A DNA stretch of 64,000 bases, from assembly GCA_050273025.1 (NCBI GenBank), contig CP158635.1:2232001-2296000 (forward strand). The letters are read 5' to 3'. The notes below the pieces were generated by a model. The model saw only the letters and a program-made list of their open reading frames with translations, was not told the DNA's origin and ran no database searches. Shown here piece by piece: positions 1 through 13,295 of the stretch (position 1 is the stretch's first letter; each line of letters opens with the position of its first letter). The stretch is from Cenococcum geophilum (lineage: Eukaryota). The translations under genes were made by a program, and so were the position numbers.

Positions 1-2742
1 CTTATAAGCTTATAAGGCGCTCGCTAATAACACACGTTAAGAAACTAAAGATAACCTCTATATATCTAAACGCGACGTCTAATAATTAAAGAAGAATAAG
101 ATTATACTAATTTCTATAGTTACTAAAAAAGAAGGCATAATTAAATACCTATAATTTTAGCTTAATAAGCACATTTATAATAACGTTAGATACTTCTTTA
201 CTATATATAACGCCACCTAAGTCTCTACGCCCCTAGCAACTTTATCTACTTAACGCTTAACGGAGGGTTAGCGTTAAGCAGCTTTACCTAATAGAAACCC
301 CTACTAAAGTAGCGATAATAAAAGCCATAATAATTAAACCTAAACTGCTACCGTAGGGTTTAATATATACTACCCTAATCCTTTAGTTTTTTAAGGAGAC
401 TGTAAGGAATATAGCCACTAGAAGATATAAATCCGCGAAAAACTAACTTAGAGCACCTACCTTTTTCCTACGGAAGATACTAAGATTGGCTATATTATTG
501 GGCGAATAAAGGGTATACTATTTAATAGACTCTTTGCTTAATAGGAGACTAGTAGCCGCTAAAAGTAGTAGTCTTACTAAGAAGTTCTTAACGATCTCAA
601 CCTAATATACTATAACTATAACCTACTAGCCACTAACTGAGCTAAACTACGTGCCTTAAAGATAAGCCCTACTGAATTATTTAATAAGTTCTATATTAAA
701 TTCTAGAAATATACTAGAGCCCTCGCCTAAGACAATACTAAAGACTAAGAGGATCTCCTTAAAAAGTTACTTATTGCCTTAGTTACGCAGCCGCTAGCTA
801 TAACTATAACGATATTTATAAGATAGTAGCAGTCCTATAAAAGATTAAATAATAACTAAATTAGATTGCTACTATTAATTCTTACTTAAAGACCTCTTTA
901 TAGAAGCCCTCTAGGCCTATTAAACCTATATATACTAAGCTACTAACGCCTACTACCTTAAGTACTACTAGAGCCAATATTAACCTCTCTATACTAACCT
1001 TTCTATAAAAACTCCTAGATAGAGAGTATAAGCTACTTTAGAAACTAGAACACTACTATAGATGCTATTAAAAAGGCTGTTATTATAATAACCTAAACTG
1101 CCTAATAGCTAGGTTTAGTACCTACCGCCTAATACTTAACCTAATGCCCTAAATACTAAATACGTTGCTATACGCCACTACCGTATAAGATAAAGACGTA
1201 GTAATAGTAGTAGAATTAGATATGGAAGCGGAAAACACTAAGTCCTAGCCCTAAGTTATAGGTTAGGACGCCCTAATAATAGAAGGATCTATATATTGGC
1301 CTACTTAATAAATAACTTAATAAAAATAAATAGATAAAAATAGATAGTTTTACCTATAATAGGAACTACTGCTATAAAATAATATAAAAGCCGTTTTATA
1401 ATTAACTATAGAGCTACTAACTAATTTGTAGATATTTAACTTGTGCGTACTTATAACCTACCTACTTTACCCCCTACTAAATCCCGCGCCCTATAACTCG
1501 CTAATAGTAGTTATACTATATAGAAGATTACCTACGTAGTATAACTCTACTTAGATATAAATGGGCACCAGAAAGAGCTCTAGGCCTATATTATACTACT
1601 TACTAACTACCCTATTGTCCTTAGAATAAGCTAGCTTAAATAACACAACCCTACTATTAACTAGGAAAAGAAAGAAGCAACCTTTAACTCTAAATACTAT
1701 AGAGAGACTTGCCTTGGATATAGCCTAGCCGTCTCTATTTACTTATTAGGATATTAACCTAAGAAACCCCTTATTATTCTACCTATAATTAACTGCTACT
1801 ATATAAGTGCTATGGCCTTCTACCGTATAGTATATAGGAAAGGCTAAACTGTTACTATAGCTTCCTAATTATAACTATATAAGCTTAATAAAGAATAAAA
1901 CTACGTCCTCTATAGTAATAGGATAGATATAGTTAACCTTCTAAAAGATAACGCCTCTGCGAAACTCTACGGACTTTTACCTTTAAACTTTAAGAAGTTT
2001 ATAAAACTTAAAAAAGGATTTACCAACGAAGAACTCCGCAAGCTCCTTCTTAAAAGGTATTATAACTTTATCAATATATACTTATAAAAGGGCGTAGATA
2101 TACTTCCCCTATATTAACCTAATAACTATACTATTAATATTAAATAAGGAAAAACGCTACCTTATAAGAGACCCTACCTAATATTAAAAGACGAACTTCT
2201 AGTTATAAGAAAGTATATTAATAAGCACCTTAATAAAGGGTTTATTCGTCCTAGTATATTACCAGCAGCCGCCCCTATTCTTCTCGCTAAAAAGCTAAAA
2301 GGAGGTATTTAATTTTATATTAACTATAAAGGACTTAACGCTATTATAATTAAAAACTAATACCTAGTACCGCTTATATAGGAAACCCTTAAGCGGCTTA
2401 GCTAAGTTAAAATCTATACTAAGCTTAATATTATCGCCGCCTTTAACTATCTTTAAATATAGGAAGGTGACGAATAGAAAACCGTATTTATATCGCGCTT
2501 TACTAATTTAAATATACCGTTATGCCCTTTAGCGTACATAATGGCCTAGGCATCTTTAAAGCTATATTAATAATACCTTATAGGACTACCTTAATGACTT
2601 CTGCTCTGCGTATCTAGATAATATACTTATTTATAGTAATAACCCTTTTAAGTATACCGAATACGTTTAAAAGGTCCTATAGCGCCTTAGGGACGTAGGA
2701 CTTTATATTAATTTAAAAAAAATTCTTAGTTATAAAAGTAAA

Positions 2743-2916
2743 TGTCTAAACGAGGTTGTCTATAACTAATTAGGTTAGTTATATAAGCTAAGCGAGCTTA
2801 GGAAATCCACCAAATTCCACCTGTAGAATAGGAGAATTAATAAGCATCAATTAAAATCAGTTACCACCCCTATACTATTGTAATAGCAATACGTATTACC
2901 GGAAGTAATACTAACA
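2743..2916 (+). repeat. Copia-1 5' LTR
   Basis: Direct repeat of 8475-8648 with the same length; differences are mostly C>T/G>A. Confidence 0.95.
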
Positions 2917-5900
2917 CTGATTAGTAATTACAGATTAGGAGACGTACCACCTACGAAGAGAGATAAGCTCAATTAGTCCCTACTTATAGGCCTCTACCGA
3001 ACCCGTTTACTAAGGAGTATTAGTTAATATATATCTAAAGAACCAACCCCCTAACAGGCCCTTAATTCTTTACACATAGTCCTTAGATACTTAAAGAACC
3101 GACCCCTTAACAGGCCCTCGGTTCGCGTCTATTACGCACTTTAAAAGGCGTTAGGTACTTAAGGAACCAACCCCCTAACAGGCCCTTAGTTTCGTGTTTA
3201 TTACGCGTTTTAAAACCTAAAAATTAAAACTTAACAAGATAAAGAACCTTAGTTCGCGTCTATTACGCGTTTTAAACCCTACAACTATTATATGAACTTA
3301 CCCGTTATTACAAGAACCACTATAACGGATATTAGGCAATAAGTTAGAGAAGGACAGAAGAAGTGGGGCAGAGGAATTGATGTAGACTCTAATAACATCG
3401 ATATTATAGATATTAATAACTTCGTGCAGTTTAAGACCTTAGAATATAAGGTTTATAACTTTAAAGACGATAAACTATAGGAAGCCTATAAGGATGATTT
3501 CCAGAACTTTATAGTATAAATCTTCAAAAACTGCAACCAGACATACATTAGAAAGCTTCGATTACTCCTATAGACCAACGGCGTATAGGTAAGGAAGTAT
3601 AGGAACGCCACAGTTCCCAAATTGCTATTTAACACCCTATAAGAACAAGAACCTATAGAGTAGATTAAGCTTGAGATTAAAGAGTATATGGCAGCTAGAG
3701 GGAAGTTTAATTTAGAACAAATCGACTACCTCCTTAAGAATAACTTCGCTAGTGCCAGTACTAGTACTAGTACTACTAAAAATCTAATCTTACGAACTAC
3801 TATTAAAACCCCAACCTTAACCTTACTAACCCTATAACCTATCTCGTTAATATAACCCACCTCGTTAAACTAGGGTTTCGGTAAGGAGTTAATAAACCTC
3901 GTAAAGATGTACACGGAAGATAATAAGTATAGTAAAGAAGATAACAACTTTAACTTTAAACTTACTATCTTCTATAACCTCTGCAGTAGAGCTAATGTAC
4001 CCCAAGAAGCTAAGGTTAAAGCCTACCCTATAATACTACGCGGCTTAGCACTTAACCATTACTATACCAACCTTAAGAACGTCACTATAACCCTCTTATT
4101 CGACCAAATCTATAACGCTATACGCAATTACTTCGAGGGACCTAAGTACAGGCGTAGTATACTAGGGCAATAAAACTTAACAATCTTAAGGTCTATAATG
4201 AGTAAAGGCGAGAATACTAGAAAATTAACCCTAGACTGCCTATAGTTGCTTATTAAAGAACTAAGACACCTTTAGTATGGTCTTGACCTAGATTTATATA
4301 TAGATAAGTTTCTTTATAATAAGCTTATTAACGCCTGCTAGGAGTTACTAGCGTGTTAATATACCTGCTTTAAACCCTCTAACAGCTTAACTGGCCTAAT
4401 TAATAACTTACGATCCTCTATTATAATATTTGAAAAGTTAAATAGTAAGAACCCCTAAGCCTACTTCACTAACCGCCGCTACCGTAGACAATACCCCTAA
4501 TCACCCTATAGAACACAATCATCCTTATCTAGCTAATATGCATTATTAAAAAAGCGCTGCTTTATCTGCTATAAGGAAGGCTGCTAGTTATCTAAATATT
4601 TAAGAGAAGAATGCGATAAATTAAGGAAGAAGTTTAAGGATAGACTTAACCGCCGCTTTAATAGGCACGCCAAGCAATATATTACCGAGTATAAGGGAAT
4701 AGATTATAATAATAAACTTAACTTAAAATCTACTGATAACGCAATAAAAGCCCTTATAATTAATATTGAGTTACTACCAGTATCTCCGGCTTAGGAACAG
4801 ACTGAACTATTTCTTACCTCTTTTAGAACGATATAGCACGAAGGAGCCACTAATACTATAACTAACTTAGCGGACTAATCCTTTACCTATATGATTACCG
4901 GCACTAACCTAACTGCTCACCACAATGACCTAGACCTATTTACCTACGTTACTACTAGCTAATATACCTTAGACGAGTTCTATAAAGTAATAATTAACAC
5001 TAAAGCTTTAAAGAGATTAATAGTAGGTTACGGATAATACCTTGTATACAGGAAGACCTATAACACTGTTATCGACACCTTAAAGGCCGGCGCTATTAAT
5101 GTCTAGTTTGGCATCGGCTCTACCTCTTTTATTAGCTCCATTATAGCTAATACACCAGTTAGCAATGTTAAATTTCACATTATAAAGGCCGACATACCCT
5201 TCCTACTATGTCTCGCAGATATAGATATACTAAAGGTCTATTACAACAACCTTAAGAACATCCTAGTAACCCCAATAAAATTGGTGCCAGTAGTTCACCA
5301 ATTCGGTCACCCCTTCCTATTATGGGAAGAGTTATTATAGTTATTTATAACCCACTTGTTTAACCAAAACCCTTACTACCTAACCACTACTAAACTCCGC
5401 CGACTCTACTGCTGCTTCAGACATCTATTAGCAGATAAGCTACATAAGGTACTAGAACGCTCTAGCTATAATAATATTAATAAGCAGGTTATCGACTACC
5501 TCACTAAGTACTGCTCTCACTGCTAGAAACACGGTAAATCCCCTAAACAGTTTAAGTTTATATTACGAGAAGACTAAGATTCCAATTTTAACTATTCTAT
5601 TTTTATTGATATTATATATATTAATAGAAGCCCTGTCCTCCATATAATTAATAAAGCTACTAGATTTTAAGCCGTAAGATAGCTACGCAATATCTCCGTA
5701 AAATATACCTGGGATATCCTATAACTCTGCTAGATTAACACCTACATTGGACCACCCGACTACATTACCTATAACACTAGGAAGAACTTCGTAAGTAAGG
5801 AATTTCAATAGCACGCTATAGCAATAGCTATATTAACTAAGAGCGTCCTAGTAGAAGCTTACTGGTCTATTAGAATAGTAGAAAGAGCTTATCTAACCCT

Positions 5901-6384
5901 ACGCCGAGCATACTAGATAATTATAGAGGAGCTATAGGACTTAGGAATAACTAAAGAACTGGCTTTATAAATAGTGGTAAAGGCTGCTAATAACACAGCT
6001 GGCCTAGATGGCTTAGTCCTAATACTTCTCATCTTTAGTGCCTACCCTTAAATAAGCGAACTTGACCCACTAGCACCCTCTATTACATAGCGAGCGGCAG
6101 CTATAAAGAAGGCAATGGAGGAGATTGTAAGGATTAGGGCAAAGAAGCAAGTTAATAATATACTAAACCAACAAAACGGTCCATCTGTCACCACAATCCA
6201 CAACCTCCCCCTTAACTCAGATGTACTCGTATGGCGTAAAGGCAATACTGGACAAAGCGGCAGATAGACTGGCCTATTTAAGTTACTTAGAATTAACAAA
6301 GAGATATATAAGGTATAGCTCCCTAGTGGACCTACCGACTTTAGGACCACAGTAGTGAAACTATACCTATAACCTGAACTAGAA

Positions 6385-6460
6385 GAACTAACTAAGGAAC
6401 CGACTAAGGAACCGACTAAGGAACTAACTAAGGAACTAACTAAGGAACCAACCAAGGAAC
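6385..6460 (+). repeat. 12-bp tandem repeat (GAACCGACTAAG-like) in the Copia-1 IN-RT linker
   Basis: About six degenerate units read directly. Confidence 0.85.
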
Positions 6461-8269
6461 CGGCAGCTACTATACCCCTCCAAAGATTAAAACGGACACA
6501 ACGATCGCCGATAAAGTCCCAGCAAAATATTACAGACGTATCAATATTTATTAACAATAGCCTAACGAAATCTAACACTATAACCTCTAAGTGTACCTTA
6601 CCGTCATTTACAGAGTCTTAACGTAAGGAGATAAACGGTTTACTTAAGAAAGGCGTCTTCAAGTTTACCGATACAGTAGACGTCCCGAAAGGAGTCAGAA
6701 TCTTCAACTCCTAATTTATTAATAAGATTAAGAACGCCGGAACAGATAAGGCCTTTAAGAAGTCTAGACTGGTCGTATAAGCCTATAACGACTATAGCAA
6801 AGATCTAGTTCTAACATAGTTACTAACTATTTAACGTGTTAGCCAGAGAATCATTCTAGCACTTATAGCAACCCTATAAGAAAATGAAAGAAGACCAGCC
6901 TCTTTATACCTGCGCGATATCTTATAAGCCTACGTATAGTTTAGCACCTACCTAAACAGAGACTTCTTCGTATGCCCGCCACTAGAACTTAGACTAAAAG
7001 ATGGATTAATTTTAAGAGTTATTAAACCACTATATGGTGTCCCGGAAGCTGGTAACCACTAGTTTAATATATACTACCGCTACCACCTTAATAAGCTATG
7101 GATAAACCAGTTAATATACAACCCCTACTTATTATACACAAACAGCAACGGCTTTAGAATTATAGGATTGCAGACCAACAATATACTATTCCTTGCTAAT
7201 AAAACCTTTACAGAGGCTAAAGAAGCCAGACTTTAGGAGGCAAAGTTCCTAGCAAAAGAGAGAGAGAAGCTTACGCTAAATACCCCAATTAAGTTTAATA
7301 GAGGCTACATTAAGCAAGAAAAAGATTTAATAGCCTTTACCTAGGAATGTTAATGCTAGAACCTAAAGCTGGTCATTATAAAGGCTATAGACCTAACTAG
7401 CTCCAGAGGGGAAGTCCGCAAGGCAGTTACACTAAAGGACTAGTACGTTGCTTAAAGAGCAAGAGGAGCCTATATCGCCATAGTCTGTTAACTAGAAGCT
7501 GCCTTTAACCTCTCCTTTATGGCATAAATTGTTAACCTAAAGAAAGAATATGCGAAGCAGCTTAATAAGCGGCTTTAATAGTAAATTAATAATCCCTCCT
7601 AAGGACTTCGTTTCGTATAACTTAATATAAGTACTCTTAAACTAATGATATTTACGGACTTATCCTTTGCTAATAACCACGACCTCTCCTTTTAGATCGG
7701 CTTTATTATTATACTTACGGATAAGGACAATAGGGCTAATATCCTCTATTGGTTATTTATTAAGTGCAAGCAAGTTATATAAAGTATCTTAGCATCTGAA
7801 CTATATAGTATGGCCTACGGATTTAATACCAGAGCTACGATTAAAGTAACCATCAAGAAGATCCTATAACTCGAACGACTACCGCTTACCCTTTATACTA
7901 ATTTAAAATCTCTATATAACTGCCTAGTTAAACTTGGGACAATATAAGAGAAACGACTTATGGTTAACCTAATGTGTTTATAATAATTGTACAAAAGAAG
8001 AGAAATAGTAGAGATTAAATGGATTAACGGAGGCAGTAACCCTATAGACGCTATAATAAAATTAAAGCCTTACCAGGCGTTAAAGGACCTAATTAATATA
8101 AATATAATTAAGCTATAGGTTACCAAGTGGGTAGAAAAAGAAGACGTTAAAGCAGGAATAGAGTGTGCGAAGATGTTAAGCTAGCCGCTAAGGCGCTAGT
8201 ACTAAGCAAGCCAATAGCGATTTTCTATCCCGAGGATGGAAAATCGTAATTGGTTACTTTAACTACCTA

Positions 8270-8433
8270 GTAGAATTCGGCAGAATCTAAGTGGAATATA
8301 GCAGAATTTGGCAGAACTTAATGGAATTTAGTGGAATATAGCGGAATTTGGTAGAACTTAATAGAATTTAGTGGAATATAGCAGAATTCGGCAGAACTTA
8401 ATAGGACCTAGCAGAACTTAACGGAATTTAGCA
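8270..8433 (+). repeat. 10-bp minisatellite (GCAGAATTCG/GTGGAATATA-like) in the Copia-1 3' UTR
   Basis: About 16 degenerate 10-bp units with an RGAAY core. Confidence 0.85.
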
Positions 8434-8474
8434 GGAGGCGTGCTTAAGCACCATTAAAAACTAAATACTCCCAG

Positions 8475-8648
8475 TGTCTGAATAAGGTTGTCTATAACTA
8501 ATTGGGTTAGTCACGTAAGCTAAGCGAGCTTAGGAAATCCACCAAATTCCACCTGTAGAATAGGAGAATCAATAAGCATCAATCAAAATCAGTTACCACC
8601 CCTACACTATTGCAATAGCAATACGTATCACCGGAAGTGATACCAACA
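8475..8648 (+). repeat. Copia-1 3' LTR
   Basis: Direct repeat of 2743-2916, followed by TSD GTAAA. Confidence 0.95.
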
Positions 8649-11348
8649 GTAAAATACCTTAGACTAATTATTACTACTAAGGGTGTCTATATAGACCCTA
8701 AGAAGGTATATATAATTACCGAATAGTAAGCCCTTAACTATATTAAGGACGTATAAGCCTTCCTTAGTTTTACTAACTTTTATTAAAAATTTATATATAA
8801 CTTCTTAGGCGTAGTAGTACCACTTATAGCAATAATATAAATAAAGGGCCTTTTTGTAAAAGGAAGAAAAACATACCTACGCTTTACCTAGACGCCTAAA
8901 TATAAGAAGGCGTTCTAAGACCTTAAAAATGCCTTTACTAAAGCACCTATCCTAGCTTACTTTATACTAGGATAATAACTCTATCTTAAAACTAACTCCT
9001 TAGACCACGTTAACGTAGGCGTCCTTTTTTAAATAGGTAATAACGGTCTTCTTTACCTAGTCGCATTCTATTCGTCTAAGCTTATACTATAAGAGTATAA
9101 CTATAAGATCTATAATAAAGGACTCCTTATAATTATATAAGCGTTTAAAGAATTCTAACTAGAACTTTCTTTAGTAGAGCTTAACTAGCTAACTAAAGTC
9201 CTTACGGACCATTGCAACCTTAAGTACTTTATAATTATAAAGTAGCTAAACTAACGCTAAGTATATTAGAACGAGTTCCTCTCTAGTTTTAACTTTAAAA
9301 TTATATATAGATTAGGAGTATAAGGTACTAAACCTAATACCTTAATACGCCGCTTATAAGACCTTCTTTAGTCTAAAGATAACCTCCGCAATTAGTTCTA
9401 ATAATAAATAATCCTAAAAGTATAAAGTTTGGCCCTAGGCATACTACCTATAATAGAGCTAACTGTACCTTAGCTTTATACTATAGAACTAAAGTTACCT
9501 TCTAAAATTAACGAGCTTATTACTATGGTATATTACACCTCTATTAACCTATTACTGTAAAGACCGCTAGCGCTTATACGCTGCCTATTAACCTTTAAAG
9601 CTTAGGCTAGATTAATATAGCAGCCTTAAAAGTAAAAGAGAACAGGCTCTATTATAGAGGTTGCCTATTTATCCCTAACTTAGAAAATTTATAACAGTAA
9701 CTAATCTAAATAGCCTATAACCTCCGATTAAGCGGCTACCTAGGTAGAAAAGGAACCTATAAGCTTCTTAGCCGATACTACTTCTAGCTAAAAATAATAG
9801 ACTTAGTTAAATGCTTTATAGGCGCCTACTATAGTTATAAGCGCGCTAAGGCCTTTAATATAAAGTATTAAGGACTACTATACCCTCTACTAGTACCTAT
9901 ATAATAATGGGCAGATATTGCTATAGATTTCATTATTAACCTACCACCCTATAAATAATACGGCTATACTTATAAGAATATCCTTATAATAATATACCAA
10001 CTTATTAAAGAGCGCCACTATGTCCTAACTAAAGGTATAGCTATTAGCGACGTTGCTAACGCCTTTCTTTACGAAGTTTATTAACTATATAGGTTACTTA
10101 ACTTAATTACGTCCAACTAAGGTATATAATTTAACTCTAATATATAGAGACGAATTTACTAACGCCCTAGTATCTCTATTAAGATATCTATATCCTTTTA
10201 TTATAAAACTACTACGTAACTAGAAAACGCTAATGCTAGTATAAAAGCATACCTATAATAGGTAGTTGCCTATAGTTAAGATAACTAGGTAGATTACCTT
10301 CTATTAGGTAAATTTATAGCGAATAACTACGTCTTAACTATTATAGGACTTACCCTATTTTTTATAAATAAGGATTATTACTCCTAATCTAGCATAGAGC
10401 TACTAGAACCTATTAATAAAAAACTACCATATAGAAAACGCCTTAAGATGCTACTTACTAACTAGTATACAGACTATATAAAAAATCTACTCGACTACTA
10501 TAAGGAGAAATGGCCTAGGCTTAAGTAAAGTAGGCCTACTTTACTAACTATTATAGAACGCCACTACTAGAGATGCGTGTTAACAACTGGGTATAGCTAG
10601 ATATATATAATATCTCTATATAGAGGCCTATAAAGTTACTTAATTATAAAAACCTTAGCCCTTATCTAATTAAATAAGTTATTAATAAGGGAGCTATATA
10701 TAAGCTAGAACTCCTACATACCCTAGCCACCTATAGCTACTATACCTCTATTAGCCTAACCCCTTACTAGGGCAGATATAGCTTAAACCCCTATTAGTAC
10801 TAATCTAAGATAAAAATAAAGACGAAAACTATAAGGAGTGGACCGTTAAACAAATTATTGACTTTAAATACTTTAGTAAAGGTAAAGGATAACGGCTCTA
10901 CTACAAAGCTATATACACAGGATTTAATATAAATTAGCCAGAATGGCAACTATATAAAGACTTTAAAAATGTAAAGGATTTAATTAGCAACTTTTACTAT
11001 GCGAACCCATAGAAACTAGGCTTAAGTAAAGATTTTATACCTAATCCTCTATAGAAGCCTTTATAGAGTTAAACCGTTATATATTACTATATAAGGGCAA
11101 ATTGCTGTTAGATTATAGTAAAGTGTAATTACGTAACCGGAATATTGTTAAGATATTTAGGAACTTTAACCAGCGGTTAAAGTTATCTAATTAGTTGGAT
11201 TCTTAGATACTAAGCCTTATTATATAATATTGTTTTAAACCTTTAGTAATACCCCCCTTTCTTCTTTTTTATACCTTAAGTATCCCTTTTATATATATAT
11301 AGTAACCACAGCATCGCCAGAGCTCCGCCTTTATAGGAGGGGGAGTAG

Positions 11349-11541
11349 TATTACGGAACCCTACCGTAGGGGCCTCTATAGGAGAGCCCCGTACTCTCGC
11401 GTATACCTCGCGTATAGCTTATATTAGCTACGCGTAGGTATATTACCTCCTTACGCCCTCGACCCTTATAATTAATCGCGTAACGTCTTACAGACTCCTT
11501 AAATACATACGCTCTATAGCTACTACCCCTATTCTATAATA
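11349..11541 (+). repeat. Gypsy-A 3' LTR (193 bp)
   Basis: Follows the PPT. RIPed termini TATTACGG..CTATAATA. A homologous 193-bp copy is inverted at 36843-37035. Confidence 0.85.
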
Positions 11542-11752
11542 TAGGTGCTCCGCTTATATACCTATTATAATATAGTTTATATACTCTTCTTTTAGTATCT
11601 TATTATTTTTTTCTAAGCCTTATATACCTCTAGCTCTAGAGCTTAATTCTAGATTTTAATAATTAATTTTAATTTATTTAATTCCTTTTTTATCTAAGGC
11701 TTCTTAATATAGTAAGGGCCTTTAAAGTTATATATAAAGCAATCCTAAAAAA

Positions 11753-11958
11753 TGTCACAGCGACTTAGTCAATCGAGGCACGAGCGCCGTTTAGAACGTA
11801 TGCAAGCCTATACAATTAGAATGTCTATAGACCCGGATATTAAGATAAGGAGAAGAAGAAGATGGCGGTGAGGACACGTCTATATACAAGGGGGAGCCAA
11901 GCCTTTAGCCGAACCCTGACTAAGCCCCCTATCCAAGTTACGCATTAGGGCCGTAACA
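11753..11958. mobile_element. Solo LTR (206 bp)
   Basis: TGTCACAGC..GCCGTAACA inverted termini. It interrupts the Tc1 reading frame. Flanks are A-rich with an imperfect TSD (AAAAA/AAATA). Confidence 0.7.
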
Positions 11959-12238
11959 AAATATAAACTTAGAGTACCCCTTTTATTATTTTTGTATATA
12001 GCTGCGTATATAAGCCTTATAAGGACGTCGCTATACCTAATAAGCCCCTTAATAGTAGCCTAAAACGATACTTGTCTTATTTAACCAAATTATAGCCTTC
12101 TAATCTTCTAAGGTTTAATAATAATAGGCTAATATAAACTTATATTATTTGTTCTTTATAGCTGCGGTTAATCTAGGCTTCCTTATTAGCTTTATTTTAT
12201 AGTAGCCGTATTTTTAAGTATAATTTAAACGGATAATA

Positions 12239-12378
12239 TCCCTTAACCCGCTGGCGTCTATGGAGTATGTGGTCCGTGCAAAACACACGAATCCAAACAA
12301 CGTGTATAGTCGATTACGTTGATCTAATTGGCCAATTCTTATCGATAACGAATGGACGAATTTCAGCGGGTTAAGGGA
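12239..12378. mobile_element. MITE, 140 bp, TIR TCCCTTAACCCGCTG, TA TSD
   Basis: Perfect 15-bp terminal inverted repeat with TA on both sides. It interrupts the Tc1 ORF, and a homolog lies at 26358-26499. Confidence 0.85.
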
Positions 12379-12921
12379 TAGAGAGGCCTGTTTCGCGAGC
12401 AATCCTTTTAGTACGTTTTTTACGTCCGTAACGATCGCATATAACGGCGTTAATGACTTTTTGCTTAAGATTAAGAGTAATCTTTTTCTTACACCCTATG
12501 CAGGGCTTATCCTTAAGGTGGTTATTAAGGAGAACCCAATCTGCACGCTAGCCATTCTCTACTGCCCTTTTTAGTAGATTGCCGATGTGCTTAGCGCTAA
12601 TTCTAGTAACTTAAGTGATCGCTTTTAGAGGAGTACCTAAAGCCCTTATTACTATAGCCTGCGCTCTCGTTACAAGGCCGTAGTAAGGTATTTTGGGCTT
12701 AAAAAGCGTAAAAGATATGTAGAATATAAGGTGCGATAGAACGAGGTAAATTACGTGAATGTTAAACGATGGAACACTATGATTTGGAGGCTATATAGAT
12801 GATATATTAGTGTTAAAAGCTTCAATTAAGTTGACTGAGTTGATTTTTGGTGGGGTCTTGGCACCAAAACCGCGCTTTTCCCAAAAAGGAAGGAGAAATC
12901 TCTTTTCGCGCAATCCTCCGC

Positions 12922-12986
12922 GGTCACCTGCACTCAGGACAACCCCGGACAGTCGTCGGTCACGTGTTTGAGGCACGTGCCCCTAG
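12922..12986 (+). mobile_element. Helitron-like 3' terminus
   Basis: GGTCACGTG-n7-CACGTGCC hairpin then CTAG|T; a homologous segment lies at 36474-36554. Confidence 0.55.
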
Positions 12987-13295
12987 TATATAGTCTCTCC
13001 GATCCCAGAGGATTCGTCTCCTCCACAATCTGTCCTGTTCCTACAATCGTGCCTTATAGCCCCCTGTCTACAAAGTCCCCTCACAGAACCCACCTACAAC
13101 AGATCCAAGCCTTGCAGACACAAGCTAGTGCCGTCAGGAATGTTGCTCAGGTTACAGCGAGGTAATTGGGTCTTAAGCCCAGGCTTGCCGAAAACTATGC
13201 TGACGTACTCTTCCTTGCAGCCGGGCCAATGCAGCAGCCAGAATGCACAACGTGCACATCATCACCCTTACTGCACCCTTTCGTCCACTGGTACA

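Larger units (their letters stand above)
2743..8648 (+). mobile_element. Ty1/Copia element Copia-1 (GalEa-like), RIP-inactivated, nested in the Gypsy-A RT
   Basis: 174-bp LTRs TG..CA at 2743-2916 and 8475-8648; TSD GTAAA at 2738-2742 and 8649-8653. Domain order gag-PR-IN-RT-RH, with KPLYGVPEAGNH, GLQT(N/D)(N/D) and FTDLSFANNHDLS..IGF. CTGATTAGT follows the 5' LTR (CTGATCAGT before RIP). Confidence 0.95.
1..11541 (+). mobile_element. Ty3/Gypsy chromovirus, family A, RIP-inactivated; 5' end outside the window; interrupted by Copia-1
   Basis: Stop-riddled gag (~100-1240), protease (~1370-1700), RT (KGFIRPS..PAAAPILL, AYLDNILIYS near 2610-2640, resuming after 8653), RNase H (~8950-9400), integrase (~9600-10700) and chromodomain-like EWTV..I..F (~10830-11040). 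PPT AGGAGGGGGAG at ~11335-11345 is followed by the 3' LTR. Confidence 0.9.
11542..12793 (-). pseudogene. Tc1/mariner (IS630-like) transposase relic, interrupted by a MITE, a solo LTR and Gypsy-A
   Basis: Minus-strand translation gives KRAVENG..DKPCIGCKKK..DRYGRKK (HTH region), KKYGY..RKPRLTAA..TLED*KAIIWLNKTSIVLG (WSDETS before RIP) and F*DCFIYNFKGPYYI. The probable 5' end lies near 12793, next to TA. Confidence 0.8.

Noticed and set aside
3907..4173. 88-aa ORF as an independent gene
   Set aside because: Stop-free stretch of RIPed Copia-1 gag.
6048..6578. 176-aa minus-strand ORF with SLVG repeats
   Set aside because: Antisense shadow of the 12-bp repeat in Copia-1 pol.
8185..8255. Hammerhead ribozyme
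   Set aside because: No CUGANGA core with a correctly placed GAAA on either strand, even allowing for RIP.
8270..8433. CRISPR-like array
   Set aside because: Contiguous 10-bp units without unique spacers, in a eukaryotic retroelement.
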